This document shows, in pieces, positions 45,022 to 56,898 of a DNA stretch of 64,000 bases. This DNA comes from the human T2T-CHM13v2.0 reference genome, Homo sapiens, in assembly GCF_009914755.1 (NCBI RefSeq), contig NC_060925.1. The stretch is one strand, 5' to 3'. Each line of letters starts with the position of its first letter. Position 1 is the stretch's first letter. The position numbers and the translations under genes are program-made. The notes under the pieces are model-generated. The model ran no database searches. It was not told the DNA's origin and was given only the letters and a program-made list of their open reading frames with translations.

Positions 45022-48000
45022 GCCATCTTCTCACCGAACTTTGAAGCATGCACAGCATGATCAGTTAGCTCTCGTAAATTTTATTTTGAATGGATTTTGT
45101 AGTTTTGTACAACAGATAAAATTATGCCATGAACATGCCATGTCGTTTTAATGCCTGGAGAGCAGATTGCGTAAAACATCTGTATAGCAGGCATCAGCGA
45201 GCTTCTTATAAATGTGGTGATTTTTACCAAGGAAACGATTGACTTAATGCTTAAAAGTATATCATAGTTTTCTTACGGAAAAGATCAGTAGATGAGATTG
45301 GGGGACAATGTGCCCTTGCAATATTTCCATTGCCCCCCAAGGAGCCTGTCACTAGCTAAGAAATTTCTACATGTTTGCCAGTTAATTAGGGAGTTATTTG
45401 GTAAGCAAATCAATATAACCAGCAAAGATACCTGCTTCTTCTATATGATACAATATTTTTTTTAAATAAAAGACTAAAGACAGGGAGCTAGATGAAATGG
45501 CTTAATGGTGCTGTTAAGTATTTGTACCTAACAGTCTTGTGTGACAGATGAAAATAGGATGTAACATAATGAAACACACCTGTCTAGGGGCGGCAATCAA
45601 CAGTCTTACACAGAGAGGGTATTCCCTGCAAGTTTCTGGCTTGCCTGTGATGGGTGATGAGGCTTTTAGAGAGGTGTTATACAGGGCGATTTTTGGTGCC
45701 TTACTTTTATCTTAATTTTTGCCAATGTGAAAATTAAGGATAAATCAGAGTTACAGCAGGGATTTAACAAACAGGACAAAAAAAAAAAAAAAAAAAAAAC
45801 CACAGGGTGGATCAATATGGTTTGGAAACTGTTAACTTTGAACTATTGTGTTCAGCTTTTGATTCGACATCTCTATTCTTTATTTTTGATGCCCAATTGC
45901 TTTTGGATTCGCCGTTTTTTCAATAGGGATGGAGGAAATGAGAGAGAGAGCTGTTAGAAAGCAGCACGGGCTGCTCGAGCTTTTCTATGGCAACTGTGTG
46001 TTGCTGGGGTTGGGGTTTTCTGGGTTTTGGGTTGTTTTGTTTTGTTTTCTTGTCCAATGAAGTTCACGAACCAGTGGCATGCATTATACTTTTCTCTGTT
46101 TTGCATCATTTCACTTGTTTAGATTATAAAAGCATGTGGGTTTTTATATATGAACTTTGCTGTTGATTAAGAAGCACAATGTTAATAAATGATGTGGTGA
46201 TCAATAAGGTTTATCTTAAAGAATGTAAAGACTTTAGGTTTTTGAAAGTTATTTTGGAGAAATGGGACTTAATCTATAATAGTTACTATGTATTTGGTCT
46301 ACATTTTCCAAATAATATCTTTAACTTGTACATTTGAAAAGTGTTCAGAGTGGCCCTCCTACCATCCTTCCTTCCACTCCAGCCAACTCTTCCTGCTAAA
46401 CTGTATTCCAGTTTCCAAGTTTACTAATTGACTTGGGCCTGTTCAAATAATACTTCACAGAAACCAAATGCCAAACGGAGGAAATAAGTAAGCCCTCCCA
46501 GTTTCTCCAAGATAAAGCTTTTTTTATTATTGCTATTAATATTAAATATAGGTCTCATTCATACAGTGTATGAGTAGGATCATTTGGACAATTGTCCACA
46601 AAGACCAATTTTTAAAACATTTTCTTGTGTTATAGTTAAATAGTCTAGTAATGTTTTGTCCTTTATTTTCAATATTTGATAAACATTTGATGTTCAAAAC
46701 TTAGCTAATAGATGCTTGTATATGAATGTGTTGTAATAAAGTGAGGTTTTCTTGATATATATTTATTAAGATGATAAAAATTCATTAAGTTTTTTAAATT
46801 TTAATGGCTATTGGCTATGTTTCTCTTTTCCATTATTCTCTCTCCTTTAAAAAACTCAAAACATCTAGAAACTGTAGTGGATAGTGGCCACACAGGAGTT
46901 TTCTAAATTAAAGAGTATTTTAAAATGCCAATCTGACAGGTGTTTCAGAATGATCCTAGTTCGTAAGTTTAAGTTTCTATTGATTAAGAAGCACAATGTT
47001 AATAGATGATGTGGTGATCAATAAGGTTATGTCTGAAAGAATGTAAAGATTTTCCTTTCTGGAGTGTCTCTGAAAAAAATTGTATAACACGAAGCCATAA
47101 ATACTGAATCTTAGCTGATTGCATTATGAACTGTCAAACTGTGAAGATGACCCATATGTAAACAGTTATAACAGCTACAGATTATTGCTAGTAGCATTCC
47201 ATACAATTCCATATTAATGTTCTTAGGAGCTAATATTTGATAAAGGGGAAAGCTAGTTAAAAACTAATTAATTTGTCAAATGTAGCATTCTTATTATGAG
47301 TGTAATATCTCATGGAGATTTAAATATGAACGAAAGGACTTATCCTTCTGCTTTTTAAAAGCCCCAGCATTACTAGATAGTGTTTTTCTTGAAGGCCAAA
47401 GCTGTAAAATGACAAAGTTGGTGATTTTCAGCAGCACTCACCTGAGCTGTGAGCGCCTGCACCTGTTCGGTAGAACCCACTAGAATCACTTCTCTGTAGG
47501 ATAAGTGATGCCTTTGAATCCAGCAGCATAAAAATCTGTTCTTTTTAGTCATCAAGTTTTTGTTTCCAGGATATTTCTAGCATTGCAAAAAAAAATTTCT
47601 TCACCAAACACTAATTCCTAAACACCCATCCAAACCACAAAAATTCTCTTGTTAGTAGGCGAGAGTGCTAGGACTTCCTGTGTTCACCTCCCATGCACCC
47701 AGCATTGTCTTTTATGCATGAGATATTCCATTAGATTTTCCTAGAGTGGCCAGGACACCCTTCATAGTAAGTTATATCTCTTAACTGGATTCTATAGTTT
47801 TATCTCGAGCAACTTGGAAAAGCTAAGACATCCTCCACCCACACTGGTATCTACGCGCCTGGAAGCTGCACCTTCTCTCATTGCTGTGCTCTGCTTTAAG
47901 GAAAACCTGATATGACAGAATCAAGACTATTAAAAGATAAATGAGGGGAAATCTTCATTTAAGAAAGTTGCCTTGCTCCCCAAGAGTGCCTTTAATTGCT

Positions 48001-48930
48001 ATTCCCCTAGGCATCTGGGTGCATATCATTAATGAAATCATTAACCTTTGTCTCTGGTCCTTCCTTTCTAAAAACAGCAGATTATAGAAGGTGGTCTGGC
48101 AAAGGGATTTTCAAAGGGCAAAAGTCTCATCATCATCTTTCCACTCAAAATCCTATTATTCTACATTTCACTTTGCAGGGGTCCTAGGGACAGGATTGCA
48201 GGGACAGGGGACATGGGAGGAAGACAGAAAAATTCAAAACCAGCAGATGCCACTACCTGGCAATGAATTGAAAATTAGGGGAAAGCATCTTTGGCGTGAC
48301 CTTTTATTAAGACAACAGAAATTTAGAACATTTTACATGCTTCTTTGTTAAATGGTGAAGCAAGGGAATGAAAGTATTTATTTTTAGAGCTCATAGTTAA
48401 CTCCATCAAGACATGGCTACCCACCCCTCCAGTTATGAACTTGTATTACAGCTCCACTTGGTGACTTCCTTTCTGTGTATCAGGAGCAGAGCAGAGGACA
48501 ACTTGTAGAAGACATGACCATTAAGAGACATCAACTTCGCAACAAATATAAGACAAGGATACAAGGATTCCTATGTGATGCAGCTAGGTTTTTATATCCT
48601 TCTAACAAATGGTGAGCAGGAGACTTTTTTGGAAATAATTAGTTGTGAAATTCCATTTTTCTGACAGCCCCTTAAATTTGAAGTTATTTCATTTGTAGTT
48701 AAGGTTATCACATCCCTGCCAATTTTACTAGATTTTTTCAGAGACAAGCATTCAGCATGGCATTAGTAATGATGGTTTAAACTAGGTGCAGAACTGTCCC
48801 ATGAAGAGAAGAATGATATCAGTATTTAAATAATAAAAGAAGAGACAATGTATGGTTTATAGTGATTCATTTTAAGATTGCTGTATTTTGATTTTGTGGT
48901 TTAAAATAAATGCATTAAGGATCTTTTAAG
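45022..48930 (+). other. SERTAD4: SERTAD4 3'UTR with several candidate polyA signals; distal end uncertain
   Basis: AT-rich, repeat-free sequence after the stop; AATAAA at 45465, 46184, 46735, 48832 and 48905. Confidence 0.6.
46163..47053 (+). repeat. ~73-bp direct repeat pair (46163-46235 and 46980-47053) in the 3'UTR
   Basis: ttgattaagaagcacaatgttaata(a/g)atgatgtggtgatcaataaggtt...aaagaatgtaaaga(c/t)ttt occurs twice, 817 bp apart. Confidence 0.95.
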
Positions 48931-50509
48931 TTACTACAAGATGCCTCTCTGTTGCTTTCTTAGCTATAGTGCCTAAGCAAGGTATATTATCTTGACATGG
49001 CTAAAATGTCTCAATTCTATGTGATATAGCTACACGACCTGGGGTGAAAGAGTTACTAGTTTGGAGATTATTTCCCAGCCTTGGGTACCTGCCATATTTG
49101 AGCTGGGAGAACTCACTTAGGAAAAGCACTTGCAAAGATGTAAGTTATGAACACTTGAATCTCGCATCCTGCCATAAAGTGCATCAGCAAGTGACTTTAA
49201 TAAAACATGCTGTTTAAAATAGTCTGTAATTTCCTGTTTCTGCATTTCCCTTCAGTATCTGTGACAGGCTGAAGAACGATGACTAAACGAAGGGAATTTA
49301 CACAAGCTAGTCTGGTGGTGTTTGCAAACCATCGCCATGAGCTTCATCTTCTTTGGTAAACAATCCGCTGGTGGGCTGTCTATGGTTGGTTTCTTTTCTT
49401 TGTTGTTGATCCAATTTGTTAACTTTGAAAATGCAAACTACTTATTCACAGTGTGGAAACACCTGCTTTTGACCACAATGAAACTGATAGAATGTATGGC
49501 GATGTATTAGTTGTTTCTCATGAAATTTCTTATATTTCTCAACCCCATTTCTATGACTCTTCTCTTGATTTAAAAATATGAAAATCGAATAAAATCTTGT
49601 GGGGAGGACCTACATATAAAAGAACTTGCAGAGATGTAAGTTATGATCTTGCTTTGTGCCAAGATCTCCAAGACAATAGGCAAATATCAGAACTTTGGGG
49701 GAAAGGGATCTAACGTACCCTAGTCTTGTGCTGTGCAGACCAGCCTGGCCTTCGGCAGGCATTACCTCTATCCAGATCTTTCCATGGAAGCAGCTGAGTC
49801 CAGGCATCAGGCATATGATTCTCCACTGCCTCCTCTGGTCAGCACACACATGAACCCATCTTTGATACTTCTAGACGCAGTGCTTTTTCTTCAGATACCC
49901 TCTAAAGTGACTGCAATGAACTAAGCTCTCAGATGTGGTAAGACCCTGGTATCCTCTCAGCCAAGAGATGAGTAGATGTCTCTGAAATACACTTGGCACA
50001 GCACTCAGATATCTATACCATCTTCAAAACTCACAACATCCCTGTGTGCACAATAAGCAAAAGATAGAGAATGACAGGCTATGCAAGGGATTTGCGCAAA
50101 AGGTTGGGGAGTTGATCTCTGGTCCAGTACACTGAAGGAAATCTGAGAAATACAGTGCTCCCTGTACACTGCAGAGTGAATCCACTCTCTTTAAGGAAAA
50201 GTCTAAAGACTGCAAGGGAAAGAAGACAGAATTTTTTGTTTCTTTGTCAAACCTCTTTAGGAAAACAGAAAAAAACATTTCAGGGACTAAAGGATTGTTT
50301 TAAATGTTTTTGCAGGAAGAGAGAAATGGCTTGTCTGCCCTTTCTGGAGCTGGGAGGGGTTCTCCTTGTTCTCCATGTCCTTAGATGCTGTGCTTTTCAA
50401 TAAACCCACCAAACTGTATTTGTGAACAGTTATGGTCATTAGCCCAAGGAATCTCTCTCCTGTTCAGTTTAGGCACAGAGGTTGTGGGTTTCTCACAAGA
50501 CTGGAGTAT

Positions 50510-50740
50510 AGAAGAGGGTTAAGAGTAGGGGGTTTGGAGTTAGACTGCCTGGATGAAAATCTCAGCTCTGCCAGGGTAGCTGTGCAAGCTTGGCCTTGGC
50601 CAACAAGCCACTTTACCTCCTAGTGCCTCAGTTTACTCATCTGTAAAATGGAGCAGCACACATTATCCACCTCATCAGGTTGTCAGGATTAAAGGTTTTA
50701 ATATCAGGGAAGTGACTCAACATTGCCTGGGTGTACATTA
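50510..50740 (+). mobile_element. MIR
   Basis: gtgcctcagtttactcatctgtaaaatgg core. Confidence 0.8.
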
Positions 50741-51338
50741 TGGGTTTGCAGTGAACAAGCCTCCATGACTTCTCCATTACTGTCCTTGAATGCCCGGCAA
50801 GTGGAACCCAACCGTGCCAGATCCTCCTTTTGGTGGAAAGTATTCAGCCTCTTTGGTTCTGTACAGCAAGCTTGAAGTTAAACAGGGGGATGGTATGAAA
50901 CCTGGGGTCCCAGGGCCCTTAGCTATGAAAGTCGTCATTGGTGACCTTGAGATATGTTTAGTATTTAAAATACCAAATCATAAAATCTTCTGAAAGTGGT
51001 TGCACAGGCTAACCCCACATCAGATTTCCTTACCTTTGGCTGGAATTAAATCAGCTCCAGGCTGTCACAAACTGAGAAGAAACTCTGACTGGGAAAACGA
51101 AGGCATTATCCTTAATAAATACAATTTGTTTGTCAGACAGAATCTTTCAGAACATTGGCTATGTGAAGGGAATAAGAGGTGTCCCTTACAAATGGAAAGA
51201 TTAAAAACCACTAACCTCTGACTCATCTCTAGGATTTGCCAAAGTTCAAGTTTATTTAGTTGTTGTATCAAATAATTTTCTTAAACCTAGCTTTTACTCA
51301 GAAAAAGTACAGTATTAAGTTAGGAAAAAAAGGGGGGG

Positions 51339-51649
51339 CAGGCGCGGCAGCTCATGCCTGCTGGTAATCCCAGCACTTTGGGAGGCCAAGGCGGATGGAT
51401 CACTTGAGGTTAAGAGTTCAAGACCAGCCTGGTCAACATGGTGAAACCCCGTGTCTACTAAAAATACAAAAGTTAGCCGGGCCTGTGTGGTGGGGGGCGC
51501 CTTTAATCCCAGCTACTCGGGAGGCCAAGGTAGGAGAATTGCTTGAACCTCAGAGGCAGAGGTTGCAGTGAGCCTAGATGGATCCACTGCATACAGCCTG
51601 GATGAGGAAGTGAGACTCTGTCTCCAAAAAAAAAAAAAAAAAAAAAAAG
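51339..51649 (+). mobile_element. Alu (AluS-like)
   Basis: Alu consensus with A tail. Confidence 0.93.
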
Positions 51650-52618
51650 GCAGGAGGGGGGCAGGGGAGATAATTTAGACTAAACGCTATTCCTTGTGCT
51701 CCTCTACCTGATAATTTTGGAGGCCAAAGCAGAATTGTCTGGATAACCACAACCAAGGACACAGCCTATTATAAAATAACTGGGATACAGTTTCCATGTA
51801 TAAGGTCAACTAGAGGTTGGTTATCCCTATTTCAAATTCTTATCCCTTCTGTTTTGCCAGTAAACTCAGAAACCCACTGATAATTTCAAAATAGAATTCC
51901 ATTTACAAAATTACATTCTGTCTCTCTATTTTTGAAGAGTATATATTTTTCCCTAAGGTGAGGTTCATTTGTAGTAGGCTTGCTGATGGGTAGGTCCTGA
52001 AATGAGAACAAAACTGAACCATATGGCTTGAGAATGAGAAATGGGCAACAGAGTATAATGAGAGCAAATGCAGTGTTGTACCATGGGGGTCCCAGGACTT
52101 CTCTGCAAGAGGCTCCCCTCCTATCTGACTGGGCTAGGATCTCATGATTGGCAACATTAGTTGCCATTTGAGCCAGCTGAGAGAGGCAGTGGGAAGCCAG
52201 GACACCTCAGCCTGCCCAGGGAGGTCTAGGCTGGCCATCTCTAAACCTTTGTCCTCTCAGAGTTTGGAAAACCAGCAGCTGGAGTAGATATTTTTATTTC
52301 CCAATCAGTAGAATTTTAACCAGTTAAGATGATCAATTAGAATTCTCAACCAGCCCAATCTTGACCTAGCTGGTTTTAGGCAAGATGACTTAATGCACAA
52401 GGGACATCTCTATCTAGAGATGGTATTGGTCCCTGCACAGAAAGAACTCTTAAAGAAATTCTGGGGCCATTTATCTGGGTGTTTTAAGTGATGAATAAAG
52501 AAATACATACTAGGAAGAATCCTGGGATGGAATTTGTACGAATTAATTGATTTCTAACACTTGTTCTTATTATAGATCCAACAAAGCTTACCTCAATCTT
52601 TTAAAAATGTCCTGTTTA

Positions 52619-52905
52619 GGCCAGGCACGATGGTGCACACCTTAATCCCAGCACTTTGGGAGGCCGAGGCAGGAGGATCGCTTGAAACCGGGAGGTGGGG
52701 GTTGCAGTGAGCCTGCAGTCCCCACCACTCTGGAGGCTGAGGCATGAGAATCGCTTGAACCCCAGAAGCAGAGGTTGCAGTGAGCTGAGATTGCGCCACT
52801 GCACTATAGCCTGGGTGACAGAGCAAAGAGCAAGAATCTGTCCAAAAAATAAATAAATAAATAAAAGAAGAAGAAAGCAAAAAGAAAGAAAGAAGAAGAA
52901 AAAGA
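52619..52905 (+). mobile_element. Rearranged Alu with (TAAA)n/(GAA)n tail
   Basis: Alu 5' end; right-arm segment present twice; no A-rich linker. Confidence 0.85.
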
Positions 52906-53929
52906 ACAAATCATAACTCTTCATTTATTTGCTTAGAGTCAATCTATTGTATTGATTTCTGGTCAAATGACTGCTGTTTCTTAACCACAAGATTATAACC
53001 AACTTAGTGGTGAGAACTAGATTAGGAGTTAGGAAACAGAGTCTTGCCCAGGTTTGCCACTCACTAGCTGTCTAACCATGAACAAGCTCCTTCACTTCTC
53101 TGGATCTTGATTTTCCATCTGTCAAATGATGAGGCTGGATTCAAAGGGCCTCTAAAAGATTGTTCCCTTCTAACCTTCTCTTCTGATTCTAACAATTCCT
53201 GATTCTAACAATCAGGGATCTTTCTGAAGATGTTCACTTGAGTTTTCTGCATGTCACCCTTTCCTTTCCTTCCCTTCCCCAGAATGCCTTTTTTCCCTCC
53301 CAGTGAAACTGAGAAACTGCTTCTGGATCTTTCTTTAAGAACACATCTCTGAGTTTTCCTGTCCCAAATGATTGTTTTCTGCATATGGCGGCTAATCTAT
53401 TGTCTTCTGTAATATACATTCCTCCGGATAGGCCATGCTTCCCCATTCTCACTGCAGTTCCTCTGCCCCTCCCCCTGGAGTGCTCCTGCCCCCGCCTCCT
53501 TTAGCCGATTAGCTCCACACACCCGGAGCCAGCCAGGCACAACGCGGCTCCCCCTGGCACAAGACTGTCCTCGCCTTCAAGCAACCAGCCTGTCTGCACC
53601 ATGCAGGCAGGAGATCCGTGAACCCTCTTCTCTCTCATTCTTATGCGTAATAAAATAGCGGACTTTCCCCCTTCTTTTTATGAAGACAGTTCTTGCAGCT
53701 GTGACTATAACTGTTTTTTTTTTTTTTTTAAATACCAGCCAAGATTATGGTCCCATAACCCAATTAGTGTCATTTGGTTGTGGTCCAAGGGCTTCCCCTG
53801 CACGAGTTTTAATTTGGGGATCCCCGGAGGCTGCACTCCACATCTGTAGCCGGCCTGTTCTTCCTCTCCCCTTATTTGCTCGAGGTTTATGGGAGGATTA
53901 GCTGTGTGGTCTGGGAGGCGGCTGCTTCT

Positions 53930-55760
53930 CTTTCATCCTCACGGCTCTCGAGCCGCGGAGGAGCCTTTTACTTTTCATCATCAAGCCCTGGCACCTGGAG
54001 GGCGGGCAGCCCTAGCGACTGGAATGAATCAGAGGATGCCCTGCAGGCCCCGGGGGGCGCGGCCCTGCAAGCATGGGGGAGGGGAGGACGGGGGAAAGGC
54101 TGCTTATTGGGCTGCTCAGCACCCGGCCAGACTGCGCTGTGCTGGGACGGCGAGGGGGTGGTGAGGAGGGCAGCCGCAGTGTGAGGTGGCCCCCCCCCGC
54201 CCCGCCCCCACTCCCTGGCTGGCGAGGGCTGGCAAGGGCTCCGGGCGCTCATTGTGCAGGCAGCTGGCACCAGCTGGGAAGGGGAATTAGCATAACAAAG
54301 AGCCGGAGCGAGCGCGGCGCGGCCCGGCGGGGGCTCTGCCGAGCGCCCCGGGCTCGGAGGAGCCGCGCTGTCAGCGGCTGTGGCGCGCTCGGGCCTCCTG
54401 GCCTGAGACCCTCGGAGCAGCGGGGCCCGGCCCCCAGCGGGCGCGCTCTGTCTGGGTTCCGGCCGCAGGACTCGCCCGGAGAATGCAGTGGGTGTGGGTG
54501 TGTCCGGGACAGCGTGAATGGGCGTGGGTGTGTGTGTTCGGGTGAGTGTGGGTGCCCGTGTGTCCAAGCGTGCGTGTAACCGTGTCCCTGGGCGTGGGAA
54601 TGCGGGTGTGAAGGGGTCACCTGCACACGGGTGGGGACCCGCCAGCCCTCTTCCCTTCCGCCCCAGGAAGGCCTCTTTGTTTATTTCTTTCCGGAGACCG
54701 CGGTGGTTCTTCAATCACCAGTTCTCAATCCTGATTGCACCTCGGAGCCCCCTTCGGGAGCTTTTACAAAACCCTCAGGCCTGAGCCCTACCCCAGAGGC
54801 TCGCGATGAATTGGACTCTGCTGAGGCCCCCAGCGGATGTTTCTTCAGACGTCCGCGTGGATTCCGACATGCGGCGTGGTTGGGAACCGCCGAGTACCCA
54901 CTCCCACTGTCCCCAGCCCTGCTGCCGACCCTGGACGCCAGCGAGCGCCAAGGAGACCGGGGCCGGCTTGGCCTCGGGTTTAGGGCCTGGAAGCTTATCC
55001 TTCGCCTTCACTGGTTGAGGTCAAGTGCACATTCCCCCGACACTAGCGCTGGGTCTTAGGCTACCGACTGGGCAACCTCACCTCCATTATTGCATCTAAG
55101 CCTTACAGCAGCCCCATGGGAAAAAAGCTGTCGTGAAACGAAGCTCAGTTGAGTGTCACAAAGGGTCACAAAGCTAGGTATTCGACCCACCGAATTGGAG
55201 TCCAGGGCTATGGGACTCCAAAGTCCACGTTCTTTCCACTGTAATATTTAAAAATAAAAATTAAACAACTAAATCAAAAACCACCGCTGCTTTTCAAGTG
55301 CTGCCAAGACCTCAAGCTGACCAGGTCCCTGGAAAAACCCTGGGAGGACTCTGGAGGAGGCGGGGTTAGGGTGTAGCAAGACTCCTGACCCCAGAAGGTA
55401 GATACGGCCTAGACGACGTCACTAGAAATTGCCCGGGGCGTCTTCTCTCCAGCAACCTTCTGCACCGCCTTCCACCTGGGTAGTCTCCCTCCCCGTCCCG
55501 GCCCTTCCAGGCTCCAGCTCCCCACCCCCTCCCTACAGGAAGGAAATGTGACAGCACAAGCCGTTCGCCATCACCCAGGAGCTGTCAGCAGCTGCGCAGC
55601 CCGGGGCGGGAGAGAGCACCGCGGTCAGAGACCCGGGGACCGGGGAGCTGCACCACCGCGTTCCGGGCCCCGCGCCTGGGCTTCGCCTCGCTGCACCGCG
55701 CCTGCTTGCTCCTAGCGGGAGCCCAGAGTCTCCGAGTCTCCTCAACAGCTTCGCGACAGG
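53930..55760. promoter_or_regulatory. Second (orphan) CpG island downstream of SERTAD4; candidate enhancer or promoter
   Basis: High GC/CpG in two lobes (~53930-55050 and ~55380-55760), GC boxes near 54195-54208, and no credible coding exon. Confidence 0.8.
54286..54300 (-). promoter_or_regulatory. SOX-OCT composite motif CTTTGTT-ATGCTAAT
   Basis: + strand ATTAGCATAACAAAG; the reverse complement is a SOX heptamer directly abutting a POU octamer with no spacer. Confidence 0.7.
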
Positions 55761-55898
55761 AGTCTCTTGCCTCAGCTGCCTGAGCAGTCCTCCTGGAGAG
55801 GGAGGAGAGGAGGATGAAATGAGCTCTGGGCTCTGCTAGCCCCAGACTCCCCCATTACCCAGAGGTGTGGGTTTCCACGAGTGCAGGCTCCAACCAGC

Positions 55899-56898
55899 GC
55901 CTTAGCATCACCAAGCTCCAGAGGGCCCTGGGCTTCTGAGGCCACCCAGGCCCACCCACCCTTCTCACAGCAGGGGAGATAAAGGTCCAGGGAGGTGAAG
56001 TGACTGGAGGTTTCATGGCCTCCTGACTGCCTGCCCAGCTTTACTCTGGCTGCACCAGACCCTTTAACAGGCAAACCTGTCAGTGCTTACTTACCGGGGA
56101 CATTTTCTACAGAGAGAACCTCAGTGCTGGGGAAAGGAGTAACTATAGGCTTGCAGGCAGCATCTGCCCACAAGGTGCCCTGGAGAGAGGGAAAAGTTGG
56201 AAACCCTGGGCCCCCAGCCTGAGCACTACCCAGTTTGAGTTTCTGGGGCCTGATGGGGCTGGTGGTGGCTGCTGTTGTTATTATTAAGAGTTCAGAATTC
56301 TCGTAGGTTCTAACAACTGTGTTCATTCTCAATAAATGGTTTCTTAATAATCGTTTTAATTAGCAAAAAGGCTGTCTTATTAAAGCTAATTAAAGGCAAT
56401 TTGGGAACCTTATTTTCATACAATCATAAAATTAGAGAAACAAGAGGCAGGAGAAATGGGAAAAGTCTCAGCTTTTCTGCAGAGGGGGCAGGGAGGAGCT
56501 GGGGAGACCCTACCTCCAAGCCAGGCATGCAGAATGCCAGTGCCCAAGGGGGTGGACTGGAGCTCCTAGATTTGGGTGTGGCCTCAGGCAGTGCTGGGGA
56601 CCAACTGCTGAGAGGGATACTCTGTTCACATCCTCCAACTGGAGTCTCAGAGTCACCTGAACTCCTCCCTCTGCTCTCACACAATTAGTCAATTCTCTCC
56701 CTCTAGCTATCTTTACATTGAAAAAGAAGGTGCTACTATTGCACCTCTGCCATTGCACCTGGCAGCCATAACCTAGGTGGTTTAGCATCCATCAGGTGCC
56801 TTAGCATCACCAAGCTCCACAGGGGCCCAGACTTCTGAGCACCCAGGGTTATCTACCCTTCTCACAGCAGGGGAGATTAAGGTCCACCGAGGTGAAGT
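55899..56898 (+). repeat. ~100-bp direct repeat pair (55899-56001 and 56798-56898)
   Basis: gccttagcatcaccaagctcca...cttctgag...acccttctcacagcaggggagat(a/t)aaggtcca..gaggtgaagt occurs twice. Confidence 0.93.

Noticed and set aside
53183-53213. Short tandem duplication of ctgattctaacaat
   Set aside because: Ordinary slippage duplication at a MIR edge.
53876-55059. 248-, 168- and 142-aa ORFs in the second CpG island
   Set aside because: Same GC artefact; low-complexity P/A/R/G composition and no homology recognised.
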